A stretch of 64,000 nucleotides of DNA from Lingula anatina (lineage: Eukaryota; Animalia; Brachiopoda): the NCBI GenBank assembly GCA_051362555.1, contig CM120642.1:14942001-15006000 (forward strand). The letters are read 5' to 3'. The notes beneath the pieces are model-generated. The model did not search any database, was not told the origin of the DNA, and was given only the letters and a program-made list of their open reading frames with translations. This document shows positions 28,396 to 41,700 of the stretch, piece after piece (the stretch's first letter is position 1; each line of letters opens with the position of its first letter). The translations under genes and the position numbers were made by a program.

Positions 28396-30950
28396 ATGGC
28401 GGAAATTCGAGTCAAAGATGCAGGAGGCCATGAGTATAACGTGATAGAGTGGCAAGGGATGTATTTCCCCCTTTTCCCTGGAATAGTACCTCGTCTTGAA
28501 GCCTTGAGTACGTTTGAATGTAGAAAGGATGATATTTTACTATTGACGTACCCTAAATCAGGTAAGTACTATGGCCAAAGGGCTGATGCATCTGATATCT
28601 ATAAAAATGATGAATAATGTACTTGTATGATGTTTATGTCGCAGGCCAGATTGAAATCCATGCAGATTTTAAATTCGCTTGGGGCAAGGTGAAATCAAGC
28701 CACAGTCAATTTTGAATAATAAAAATATGGCTTTTCGTTAAAGCTATCAAACACTGTTTCTAGGAACGCGATGGATATATTCAATAGTAAGCATGCTCAA
28801 AAACAACAGCACTAATGACCCTAGCATGGACTCGATATACTTTGAAGCGCTTGACCAAGAGGGCTTTGCCAAAATGGCGTCTCCCAGGATCTTGGCGAGT
28901 CATCTGCCCAGGCACCTTTTGCCACCAGATGTGTGGAGAAAGCAGATCAAGGTCATCCTAGTTACCAGGAATCCCAAAGACGTGGCTGTGTCATTCTATA
29001 ACTTCATGAAAGGCATTAAGAATTTTGAATACACTGGCCCTTGGGAGTCGTACTTTCCAATTTTCACACAGGGAAAGGGTAAGATATAAATTGAAATCAG
29101 TCAGGAATACGCGAGCATTGTGATCAGAAAACATTTAAACAACTTCATATGTATTTCAACTTCGATATCAATTAATTAAAAAAACTGTACGCTTAATAAT
29201 ATTATTAATAACCAATTATTTATTCCCACGTCTAAAGGCTTTTCGGTAGTGTTTTACGACATTCTGAAGACATTTGAAAATTTTCGAAAAAGATGTTTTA
29301 CGAAATAAATAAATAAATAAACTATTCGACCTCAACTTTTTTCAATTCCCATTACTTTGGATATATGTGCATTTCACTTATTTTAGTCCCTTACGGCTCC
29401 TGGTTTGACCATACCAAAGAGATGTGCAAGGGAGTGGACAGTAATTCCAATTGCTTATTTCTTACTTACGAAGAAATGCTTAAGGTATGCAGACGGTTGC
29501 GTATTTAGGTCAACACTTAATCGACTATTAATTCCTTCTATTCCCGATTATGCAGACAATTGCGTATTTAGGTCATCACCTTATCGACTATTAATTCCCT
29601 CTATTCCCCATTAAATCTGTTATAAGTGACACGGTGTACAATTAAAAATATTTTTTTAATTTGCAAGAAGGTATGGGAACAGCATTTTTCAATTACATTA
29701 TTGTAGTGGTAAGGATTCTGCGGATTGCCGTCACAAGCTAACACTGTTCTGCACAGTTGAAATATAGGCCTACTATAACGAATAATTTACAAAATATATA
29801 ATATACAAATGCAGCATCAGTTCATAACAAGTCATTTGAAATATTCATACAAGGTTGGCTTTGCTTCATTGCAATGTTTTACCACAGGATTTACCAGCCG
29901 CTGTGAAAAAAATAAATTCCTTTCTTGGATTTGAAAGATCAGACGCATTTTTGGAGGAAGTGGCGCAGAAATGCACATTTTCTTCGATGAAAAGATCTGA
30001 AGAAACTGGAGAACCGAATAAACATCTGAAGGATGGTCACAGATTTTTTAGAAAAGGTTTGTAAATATTCTTTTTGATTACATATCTTTCAAATTACATG
30101 TAAATTGTCGGTTTCTTCTTCCCATTTATTTTATCATCTTCCAATTCCAAGTTGCTTGTTACCATTTATATGAAGGACCCTTTCGCAGCGAGCAATACAC
30201 ATAACTGGACCAGTCTACGGGGCAGGTCCTTCCGGGAAGGGGGGGGGGGGTCTTACTCCCTCTCATTCGTCTTCAACATGTTTGCTTCCTGCTGTTTTAT
30301 TAATAAATTAATTGGACAAGCGGGAGCTCTATTTAGGTTACCATCTTTAGAGGGATAACTGTTAATATGAGATTCAAAATTCCACAATAAATACACTTTA
30401 AACAAAATATACAACTTGGACCTTCACAGATGGCTTCCATCCGTAATAATTTCTTAAAAGATTATTACAAAAACACATTTAAAAAATCGACCAGCTTTGA
30501 ATGTCGGAACAGATTCAGTAACTATTGGAAAGTGTAACAAAATTGTCGTTTACTCCAGGAAAATTCACTTTATGGCACTTTTTCGCCAAGACGAGGAGTT
30601 GTCATCAATTCTCAGTCTCAGTGGATCTACCCAGATACGTGAACCGCTCTTTGTGAAAGGGGTCTAGTCTAACCTCATATCACAGTGTTTCTTAAAATGT
30701 TGTGCGACCTATCTTAAGAGAGGTAAATTGACACCTCAAGTATAATAGAACATCACACTCAGGAGTGACATTCTTTCTTTATTTGTTGAAAGATATACTA
30801 AAGCAGCGACGCATTTCTTGTATTTCAGGTCAAGTTGCCGACTGGAAGAACTGGTTCACAGTGGCCCAGAATGAAGAGTTTGATGAGCTCTACCATGCCA
30901 AGATGTCGGATGCACCCCCTGACCTCAAATCTAGAGTAGTTTTCGAATGA
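28396..30950 (+). CDS. Cytosolic sulfotransferase C; exons 28396-28561, 28764-29078, 29387-29484, 29888-30056, 30829-30950
   Basis: Close paralogue of B with the same motifs and exon sizes; intact frame. Confidence 0.93.
29486..29609. repeat. ~62-bp tandem duplication at the start of SULT-C intron 3
   Basis: TATGCAGAC..TTGCGTATTTAGGTCA...ATCGACTATTAATTCC.TCTATTCCC occurs twice. Confidence 0.75.
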
Positions 30951-31574
30951 TCTTGAAAAAAAGAAATCATAAAAACAAAGACTTTAATTCATTAGATGCT
31001 CTAAAAGAAAACCAGGATAGTTTCGCTGGCGGGGAATGAAATTGTGCATCAAATTTTTTAACATAATTTTTAATTTTTAACATAAAATTATCAAAAGCTG
31101 ACCCTACATTTTGACAAGATGCCAAAAGAACTACAACATAAAATTTGCCTTTTGATGTTCTGCATAAATAATTAATATAGTGCTAGGTTTTGTGCTAGCT
31201 TCGGAATAGGGTAATAACAAAATCAGGAATTCATGGAATCGAACAAACCAACTTTGGTAAAAAAAAAAGAATTAAAATAAGTCAAATAAAAGTAACAAAC
31301 CGAGTCAGTAACTCAGTAAACCTGACTAATTTGATGGTAACAAACCACATACGTCGTCAGGCTGGAGTAAAGAATATCATAATTGAGAGGGGGAAATAAC
31401 GGTTTGTGAATTTGTTTCATAGGTGGGTCCTGGAATACACCATGTTGTAACTTCGGCTTAACTTGGGGACTGTATTAACTGTGTCCATGATTGCATAAAT
31501 CAAAATGCCTTATAAAACTTAAGTCAGAACGCCTAATGCGACAAATGCTACCGAAAATGATAAAAATACAGTAA

Positions 31575-31789
31575 GACTGCATTCCCACAGATTTTAGATC
31601 GACCTATCCCCGTGGGGAGTCTCACTAGATTACTGTCAGCTTAGCCGGCTTAAATGTCTGTCCCGCCTACTAAAAGCTGTAAGGAGGTAATTAACTTCCG
31701 TGCTCTCTCGGCTGACAGCAATTTGGCATGAACCCCCAGGGAGTTAGGTCGATCCAGATGGATCGATCTAAATCTGTGGGAATGCAGTC
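31575..31789. mobile_element. Fold-back MITE family A, copy 4, with TAA TSD (PIF/Harbinger Tourist-like)
   Basis: TIRs GACTGCATTCCCACAGATTT / AAATCTGTGGGAATGCAGTC; TAA at 31572-31574 and 31790-31792. Confidence 0.85.
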
Positions 31790-32369
31790 TAAGACTCCAA
31801 AACCTTCACCTTGCGCAAACATTAAAATTGCAAATAAAAGGATTACTGAATCGTATGTCCGTAAGTATTTTTAATACTGCTCCTTTAACAACACAGCAGA
31901 ATATCGATATAATATAATCGATATCCCAGATACCATTCTATACCTCGATACGGAGCCTGTGTGTGTGTGTGTGTGTGCGTGTGTTGTGGAGGGGGTGCAT
32001 GGTCGGGAGGGGGAGAATGAAGAGGTGGAGCAGGGATTTTAACGTGTTCGACACACGTACACTATGTGAGATGTATATGGGACCATGTATTTCGCACTAC
32101 ATCATGATCACTACTGTTATACTTAGTATTTTTTAGATAATATACAACACCAACATAAACATCTACGATTATGTATGCCGTCCTAGCGGAGAAGCCTAAT
32201 GTTCAGTGTCATATTTCCAAATCTATATTTCGTTGATTTTTGGACTTTAAAATTTTAGCATCACTATTTGCAAACATCCAAAACTTTGATACCGACCATA
32301 TTTGTGCATAATTCTCACATATACAGCGACCTCTTTAAGAACAGCACTTTTTCTTACTTTAATTAATAG

Positions 32370-32898
32370 GAACACAATAATGCCGACACTAAATGTAAGT
32401 GAGCATTAAGACGAAGTCAAAATTCTTGAAACCTTTGATAAAACGTCATAAACGACATGCCGTCACCAAGAATCTTGATTACACACATGCCGAAGAGATT
32501 GGTGTCACTGGATGCATGGAAGAAGAACATCAAGGTTATCATTGTCAGCAGAAACCCGAAAGATGTGGCCGTGTCCTTCTGTGCCTTTACAAACGCTTGT
32601 AACTTGTAAACTGCATGATTACAGTGGCACTAAATGACTTCGCACGGATTTTTCTCGCTTTTCTTGCAAGGAAAAGGTAAAGAATAATATTGATTGTCAT
32701 AATTATTGCCATAAGCGGTTTTTTTGTAAAAAAAAAAGATCTGATATGATCTATGTGCGAATTTTACAGGTGTTTATTTATTTGTTTATTTATTTATTCA
32801 AGTTGCGGGAAGTTCATGGTTTGAGAACAAGAAATGGTTTGAGGCAGCCAACGACAATCCTAACTGCTTGTTTCTGACGTACGAGGACATGAAAAAAA
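32370..32898 (+). pseudogene. Degenerate fragment of a SULT-A-type gene (exons 2 and 3 only)
   Basis: High identity to 22737-23265, including flanking intron sequence. TGG->TAA at 32378, CAT TAA, deletions and frameshifts; exons 1, 4 and 5 not found. Confidence 0.9.
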
Positions 32899-33440
32899 GT
32901 AAGTTTACATCTGGGGCATCAAATGAAGGATTTTTAACAATCATAATCGATATGACAGTAATAAGTTACATTTTAACTTGTGTATGATAGATTTACTGAA
33001 ATCTTGTGAACAGAGCAAATAAGGTAGGCCTAAATGTTTTCTTTTAACGAATGGTTGTTGATTTCTTGTACTTGCCCTAATATGTCCATACATAAAGCAA
33101 GTTCAATGATTTTTATCCTACAAAGTTGTTTTACACATACGCACATGTAACAATGAATGGTTTGCTCACAAGAATCGAAACGAAAGGATGTAGAAAGCCC
33201 ATTACTTATTTATTTATTGTGATGTGACGTGTATAAATGGATTATAGTCACTTTAAAAATGATGATTCTATTTGGTGTCTAAATAGAGATGGGTAGGACC
33301 ATTTCATATAAATACTATTATTCCTATTGATTTTAACGCTAGTAAAGCACGCAGTGACACCTCAATACCAGTAAACAACAGGTAACTTGGCCAAAAAAGG
33401 GGACGCTCAAACGTTATTTACCCTGCACCACTGCTTTAAA

Positions 33441-36400
33441 ATGGCGGAAATTCGAGTCAAAGATGCTGGAGGCCATGAATATAACGTGATAGAGTGGCGA
33501 GGGATGTATTTTCCCCTTTTCCCTGGAATAGTCCCTCGTTTGGAAACCTTGGGTACGTTTGAATGCAGAAAGGATGACATTTTGCTTTTGACGTACCCTA
33601 AATCAGGTAAGTATTATGGCCAAAAGGGCTGATGCATCTGAAATGTATAAAAATGATAAACAGTAGGGCCTACATAATTGTTCGATTTTTACGCCGTGGG
33701 GCAGACTGAAATCCATGCAGATTTAAAATTAGCCTAGGGCAAGGCGAAATCAAAATCACAGTCGATTTTAAATAATAAATAGCCTATATGGGTTTTCGTT
33801 AAAGGTGTCACTGTTTCTAGGTACACGATGGATATATTATATAGTAAGCATGGTAAAAAACAACAGCACTGATGACCCCAGCATGCACTCGATGTACCTT
33901 GAAATGCTCGACCAAGAGGATTTTGCCAAAATGGCGTCTCCCAGGATCTTGTCGAGTCATCTGCCCATACACCTCCTGCCGCCAGATGTGTGGAGAAAGC
34001 AGATCAAGGTCATCCTAGTTACCAGGAATCCAAAAGACGTGGCTGTGTCATATTATAACTTCCTGAAAGGCATAAAGAAATTTGAATACAGTGGCCCATG
34101 GGAATCGTACTTTCCAATTTTCACACAAGGGAAGGGTAAGATATAAATAGGGTATAACAGCCCCCTTGGCACCAGGTGTAGCTTGTGTGAATTCTACGTC
34201 GCCATTTTGGTAATAATACACGTGGGACTGCGCCACTGTTCATACTAAACATGCCTCAGTATTGTTGTGTACCTGATTCTTCAGGGCTTCGTTTGAAATG
34301 AAAGGGGACATTTATCGCGTCAGCGCATAGATAAAAACGCCTTTGGAATACAGGTCGGTACAGTGTCGTGTGTGCGAAGCACCCCACCCCTCTGATTATA
34401 GAAAGACATTTACTGGTAAGAATATGTTGCTTATTATCTAACATAATCTTCACCAATAAGATATTTTTATATGTACTTTTAGGAGGAAACTAAGGGTCCC
34501 GAGAAATTTTACGCATTTATTGTCTTTAAAAGGGTCAATGCTCACCTGCAGTTCCACGGGGTCATGTCGATACTCCCGCGCACCGATACTCCCCCTCAGT
34601 ATATCTGTAATTGTGGGGGAGTATCGGTGCGCGGACGTATAGGCATGTAACCCAGTCCACGACCCCATCATCTGCACTTCCGTTATAATGTAATGTAATG
34701 TAATGTAATGTAATGTAATGTATACCCATGCTTGACTGTCACATTGATTGATTAGATTTAATCCACGATTGGCTTCCCTTTATTGGATTGTGGCTACCTA
34801 ACTAAAGACAAGTAGGCCTGGGCCTAACTAGTAAAACAGGATCAATACGTATTTTCTTGATGCTGAAAGTGAATAATATTGCGTGCCTTGCAAGAAAACT
34901 TTAAAGTTTTGATTTATATTGCAGGTAACTATTGATGTTTGAAATCAACAGCAATTGTGACAGACAGATCATTGAACCCCGTTCATCCTGTGGAACCCCT
35001 GGTGATAGCACAATGGCTGACAGAGGGATATAATGGTTCAAGATTTGTTTGCTGGAAGGGGGCATTAGTGCGCTGGATTTGGTCTTAAAGTGCAGTTTGA
35101 TATCACAAATGATCTTAAAAGATCTTAATCATTACAGCAGTAGTCTTAAAATGGACTGAATCTGCTTTTAAGATCAAAAATAATCTAACATCTACTTGAG
35201 TGGTTAAGCAGTTTCCTCCCCTCACAATAGAGGACACCTCTGCTCACAATAGGAGAATGTGTAAGGGGAGACAACTTAATTGGCTGTCAGTCCAGAATTG
35301 GTCTTACTCATGGCTTAAGATCATGTTAGACTATTTGTGATCTTAAATTGCACTTTAAGACCAAATCAAGCCCACTAGTGGATGTCCATGTTAACACACC
35401 TTCTATGTTAAAGGGCAAGTCACAACTTGACCCAGGCACATTAATTAGAGATGGACAGGTTGCATTAAAAAGAATACATGTAGAAAGGTTAATTGGTTTT
35501 GGCAAAACGTATAAGGTCTTGGTAAAACGTATGAGTGCCCCTAGGAGTGTTTTCTCATGTCCATTTTCAGAAGAGCTATTGTCAGTAAATATTCATAAGC
35601 ACTCCACGTACCTGCATAAGGTTATATTATAAAGTGATATTCTTTTTTTATTGATGTAATGAGCATGACAGGCAATGTTACGTAAAGCATTGTTATTCAG
35701 TCTACTGTAAGAATCATGAAAGGATGTATAAGTTAAATAATTTATTTGTGCACCAACTTTCCTGAATGTGTAGCTGCAATTTCTCGGCCAATGAAATACT
35801 GCAGATATGGAAAACTTTCTATAAAAGTTTCAGAAATAAAATTCAATAAACGTAAAAAACATTTTACAAATTTACACAGTTTTTTGTTCTTTTTACAAAA
35901 TAGCACTACTGAATTATAGTGCTGCCAGCGCGGCGCCGGCGGTGCACGTGGTTTTAGTCCAGAGCTGTATCGTTCACCGGGTGCTCCCCACGTCACCGTT
36001 ACCGCTTCTCCTCCTAAACTACAAGAGCCCCAGTATCCATCTCCTGTGTGAAGGTCACATATAATCTCAACTCGATCCACATGAATTTTGGGCTTTGTCG
36101 GTGCTCGGGTCCAGGTGTGGCGCTAGACGCAATGCTCTCTTGTTCTAAATTTGCAAATCCAAATCGAAGGATTTATGGGAAATTTCTTCAAAGATGGCTG
36201 ACAGACAGTCATAAATCAGTCAGGAATACACCAGTACTGTGATCAGAAAGCATTTAAACAACTTAAGATCGCGCTTTGCAACATTTTTTTCCAAATGGCC
36301 TAGTGAACCTCGCCGTATTTAATCTTTGATATTAGTGAATTAAAAAACTGCTCTTAATAATGTTAGTAGTAACCAATATTTCATTGCCACGTCTAAAGGC

Positions 36401-38014
36401 CGTTTGACAGTGCTTTGCAGGGTGCGACTCTGAAGACATTGGAAAAAATGCTAAAAAAGCAATAGATAAATAAATAAATAAATACAGAAATTTATCGATG
36501 TCCATTATTTTGAATTTATGTGTATTTAACAACGTGCATTTCACTCATTTTAGTTCCTTACGGCTCTTGGTTTGACCATACCAAAGAGATGTGTAAGAGA
36601 GTGGACAGTTATCCCAACTGCTTATTTCTTACTTACGAAGATATGCTTAAGGTATGCAGAGGAATGCGTATTTAGTTCAACATTTAATCGACTATTAATT
36701 CCCTCGATGCCCGAGTAAAATCTATTATAAGTGACACAATGTATAATTAAAATCTTAAATTTGCAAAAAGATATGGGAACAGCATTTTCCAATTGCATTA
36801 TTGTAATGGTTAGAATTCTGCGGATTGTCGTCACAAGCTAACACTGTTCTGCAGAGTTGAGATATAATATAATAAATAATTTACAAAATCTAATAAAAAT
36901 GCAGCATCAAAACATAACAAGCTTTGCTTAATTGCACTATTTTAATACAGGATTTACCAGCCTCTGTGAAAAAAATAAATTCCTTTCTCGGCTTTGAACG
37001 ATCAGACGCATTTTTGGAGGAAGTAGCGCAGAAGTGCACATTTTCCTCGATGAAAAGATCTGAAGAAACTGGAGAACCGCAAACATATCTGAAGGATGGT
37101 CACAGATTTTATAGAAAAGGTTTGTTAATGGTCTTTTTGATTTTCTATCTTTCAGTTTACGTGTCAATTGTTGCTTTCTTCTTCCAATACATCTCATCTT
37201 CTTCCAATTCCAAATTCCCTGTTACCACTAAATTGAAGGGTCTTTTCGCATCGACCAGTCTACGTTGACAGGTGCTATTAGTATACGTTGCTGGTTGGTG
37301 TTGGTGGTGGTGGTGGTGCGTCTTACTCCCTTTCATTCATCTTTGACATGTTTGCTTCCTGCTGTATAATTAATAAATTAATTGACCACGTCACGCGGGA
37401 GCTCTTTTTAGGTGACTTAAAAGGGATAAATCTGAGATTCCAAATTATACAATAAATATACTTTTAACAACACATACAACGTGGACCTTCGTAGATGGGG
37501 GGGGGGGGGGGGGGGGGGGGGGGGGAGGGGGGGGGGGTCTTTCTCCCTCTCACTCGTCTTCGTTAAGTTGCTGTTTTACAAACACGTTTATTAATTGATC
37601 ACGTTAAGCGGATGTGTTATTATTATCTTGAGATTATTACAAAAACACATTTAAAAAATCGTCCAACTTTGAATGTCCGAAAAGATTTAGTTAAAACTAT
37701 TAGGAAGTGTAACAGAGTTATCGATTACTCCAGGGAAATCCATTTTATGGCACTTTTTTTAGCCAAAATGAAGAGTTGTCATCACGTCTGAGTGGATCGA
37801 CCCTCAAATTTAATAGAACATCACACTCAGGAGTGACATCATTTATTTTTTTAAAGAAACATCGTAGCAGCAATGCATTTCTTGTAATTCAGGTCAAGTT
37901 GCCGACTGGAAGAACTGGTTTACAGTGGCCCAGAATGAAGAGTTTGATGAGCTTTACCATGTCAAGATGGCGGATGCACCTCCTGACCTCAAGTCTAGAG
38001 TAGTGTTCCAATAA
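33441..38014 (+). CDS. Cytosolic sulfotransferase D; exons 33441-33606, 33821-34135, 36554-36651, 36951-37119, 37893-38014
   Basis: Paralogue of B/C with the same motifs; intact frame; intron 2 is enlarged by an insertion. Confidence 0.92.
34687..34721. repeat. (AATGT)n microsatellite
   Basis: Seen directly in the sequence. Confidence 0.9.
35059..35386. mobile_element. MITE with ~70-bp imperfect TIRs, nested in the SULT-D intron insertion
   Basis: Left GATTTGGTCTTAAAGTGCAGTTT..TCACAAAT pairs with right ATTTGTGA..AAATTGCACTTTAAGACCAAATC. Ends approximate. Confidence 0.75.
37497..37537. repeat. Poly-G tract (~40 nt) in SULT-D intron 4
   Basis: Seen directly; the paralogous position in SULT-C intron 4 has a shorter G run (~30239-30251). 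Confidence 0.85.
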
Positions 38015-38794
38015 TCTTTAAAAAAAAAAGATATCATACAAACAAATACTTTAATTCATGAATTGCTCTAAAACTTGAAAAAAGATATCATACAAACAAA
38101 GACTTTAATTCATGAAGTGCTCTAAAAGCAAACCGAGAAGGTTTAACGAATGAAACAATGCACCAAACCTTGAATATAAATTCAAAAACTGACCACTATA
38201 TTTCAACAAAATACAAAAGGTGACTTCCACAAATTTGCCTATTGCATGATATTGCCTCTCATAAACATCTTGCATAACTGCTGTAAGGACTACCGTTCAC
38301 TGTGTTCCCGGAGAAGAATTTGCAGGGTCCGACAGACTATGTCATGCACCTTTCTACCCTTTTAAGCTCACCCTCTGTGCAGGGCGGCTGCCATAGTTCG
38401 ATTTGTGAAAAATAAAAATGCAAAAAAGCAGATCCCTCAATAAACAATCAGTGTCGAACTTCTGTTTTTACAATACCCAAAAGGTATTAGATGGGGTTGC
38501 ATATATCTATCATATATTGTATTTCATTGTATACTACAATAGTAAGAGATCCTGTAAAAATAAAATAAATTTTGTGCTTAATAAATTATCATTTCTATTA
38601 TAAAAAAAGCAAGCCAGAGATGCTCTGAACTTCAAATGTTGTTAAGGGACGGTGCGATAACATTAACAGACAGCTTTCGTCTCCAGCCTGGTGTCTGCCT
38701 TCTGGGGTATTTTCTAAAATTGATTACAGTTGTCCATCATCCTCACAGATAATCTTACTTGTACAAAATACTACTGCATTTTGAAGTTAATGAC

Positions 38795-41700
38795 CTACGT
38801 TTGTGTCTTATTAGAAAACATGCTTTTACACAGGATTACCCCTCCACAGAGAAGAAAACTCCCAAAGAGCACGCACAACAAACCAGAGACAACAGAAAAA
38901 GCAACAAATAGATTTGTATTTGTTTTCTTTACGTCAATGCTTGTGGAAGCGTTAGTTGTCAGAACCGGATTATTGGTGGTGGCGGCGGTGGTGGTGGTGG
39001 TGATGGTGGTATCAGTGGTGCTGATGATCTGCGGTACGTAATTAGAACCCATGTGAACTTTCATCTGTCCATCGTTCTCGGAGTCAACGACTTTGAAATA
39101 ATACCCAAACGACATCACGTCGACGCCATTTTGATTAACCGTCGTGACATAATTATCTCGCGGTTTATCTCGTCGTTTCCTTTTCCCCCACCCTGGCTTA
39201 TTGCCTGGACACTGCGATTCCACACATTCTGGGTTCATGTTTCCTTCCATACAGGCTGCCACCGAGCAGAAAAACCCCATGGTTCCGTTCGCTGGATTCC
39301 GTGGCGTGATACGAAACATAGGAAATGTTGAAATGGCCACATATTGGGACGACCCTCGGCTAAATCCGTTAAAGAAAGGGACGACTGGACACCCGCCAGA
39401 GAGTAGTTCTATAGTTTTCCATTCATTGGTATCTGTGATGCCATTAGCCCAACATCGCTCAACCTTAATTTTCATCTCGCGTTCGCCAATTTTCCCCAAG
39501 ATTAACTGCATGGTGATATTTTCACCCAGAACCACCGGGGGACCGTTTGGTAATATGCTACTGTTGTCTTTAGATCGAAACAGCCTCATGATAGCAAACG
39601 AACCAACTCCTTCATATTTCACAGGTTGGTCAAATTCAAGAAGCACAATGACTTCCGCCATTATGTTAGTTATGTTATGTATTGTGGTGTCGTACGGTTG
39701 ACGTTTGCAAGTGAAGGGTTGGGCTTCATCTATGGTTTCTAGGTAGTAATCCTTATCATGTTGCAATATGACTGTGAATTCTTGGTCTTGCACGACGCCG
39801 CATTGCCCATATGGGACCGTAAGGACCCATGGAGGCTGCTGCACGTAACATCCAGCCTGGCTGTAGTGTTTGTCCACGTAGACAATACCTTCGTTGTTGG
39901 GCGGAGAGAACGTGTCCGAGCTCTCCGCGTACTGAATGGTCACTTCGGTATCGCCACAAACGATACTAGTGGCTATTTTTCCCGTTTTTCCACTTGCGTC
40001 TAGAAGTACACAAATGTTATGAAACAATCGACAACTGAGAACTGTTAACATAAAAGATCTTCAAAATCGTCATGAAACCTTAACGCGAGATAAATTAAAG
40101 ACGAACACAGTGAGTACTTTAACGTTGAGTGCATATTAATCTATATCACGTTACACGACTAACCGTTTATCATTGCATTGAAACGGGTGTCACAGCAAGC
40201 AACCCATTCTTTAAACGCATCGAACAACTTATTTCAAGGAAAATCACACCATTTAACTACGTTCTTATTCTGTTAACTTTTTTATTCTTCATACAGTCTT
40301 TCATTGGAAAATCTTACCTGTGTGATTGGTGCAGGTAGTGCCGTTAAAGTATTGGCCTAACGGGCAAATGCAGCTGTATAAGTGCACATTTGGGTAACAG
40401 GTGCCTTCATTGCAGGGATTACCAGCACATACATCTGAAACGAAATGAAACATTTGCGCCTTCAAGGTGTTTAAGCACGTGCACCGTGTTAAGGTAATCA
40501 AGGACGATTGTGTTTCGTTTTGCATGGTGGCCAAAGAGTTTTAACTCTCTTATGTGAAGCATTTAGTATAATACGGAACAGTTAAGAAATTACACGCAAT
40601 CCAGTGTGCTTTTCTGGTGGCCCAGTTAGCTATTTCTCCTTTGCACATGCTATGTGTTTTTTCGAGCTTTTGTGTGTTTTTCTTATGTTCACATCGTTCT
40701 TTGATATAGTGATGCTAAGTAAAATGATGAATATTTTTACTGTATTCAGTTTCGTAAAAGTTGATAAACATTCCCATATACGAGTCAAAACTATAAATTA
40801 CTAAATTTAATTTAACACCTGGAGTTAGTGAAAGCAAGACATCCGCTGTGTTTGCAGCAGTGCATGTATCACTGATTTACATATATTTATTTAATGATGT
40901 TTAGATTTGTTAAAATATCATAATTAAGTGCGCTGCAAAGAAGAACACACGGGGAGTAGGTCTACAACAACACAGAGGCTAATGTTTTTATCTTATATAA
41001 AATATCTGAATGAAAAGGCAATTAATAATGCAAGTAATTAACATAACACCATCACAAAAAAACTTACTTGTGCAAGTAAAACCATCTCCAGTGAAGTTAT
41101 GCTGACACCGGCAGGTATATGACCCAATCGTATTGAAGCATTCGGCGTGGTCGCCACACGTGTATAGTTCCAGAGCGCACTCGTCACGGTCCGTGCAGTT
41201 GGTGGCTCCGTCTCCGTCGAAACCCGTGGCACAAGTACAGAAGTAAGAGCCGTATGTATTCGTACACTGCGCGTACTGGTGACAGGAGTGTTGGCCCTCT
41301 TCGCACTCGTCCAAGTCAACACAGTAAAGGCCGTTGCCAGAGAAACCAGCGCTACATTCACAGTCATAAGACCCGACTGAGTTGGTACAGGTGGCGTTTT
41401 CACTGCAGTACCCGGGAACGGCTGCACATTCATCTATATCGTCACAAAATAGGCGACCATAACCGGTGAAGCCCTCATTGCATGTGCAAAAGAAAGAACC
41501 CGGAGTATTGGTACACGTGGCATTTCCGTCACATACAGTGGGATTGGCCTGGCACTCATCATCGTCTGAAACACAGATTATTTCACTTTTAACGTATATT
41601 TTCAGTAAACGAATGACTTGGGACGGTAATGCAGCGAGGTCTCCTCGGTATTTTTTTCACAAAAATATATATGTATTTATTCACACGCTGGACACATAAA

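Larger units (their letters stand above)
34149..36210. mobile_element. ~2.06-kb insertion in SULT-D intron 2, absent from the B and C paralogues
   Basis: The paralogous C intron reads GTAAGATATAAATTGAAATCAGTCAGG; in D, ATAAAT flanks a 2-kb CpG-rich insert on both sides. No transposase ORF seen. Confidence 0.7.

Noticed and set aside
38016-38127. ~57-bp tandem duplication just after the SULT-D stop codon
   Set aside because: Real but an ordinary local 3'UTR duplication, with no evidence of function.
39053-40003. Long + strand ORFs opposite the ZP exon (and 56210-57315 opposite the TRIM exon)
   Set aside because: Antisense shadows of real coding exons, with no recognisable motifs.
41068-41565. 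Apparent frameshift in the cbEGF exon, suggested by two overlapping ORF-track entries
   Set aside because: Manual translation gives one continuous frame with four DxDEC EGF repeats; the track only lacked an upstream start codon.
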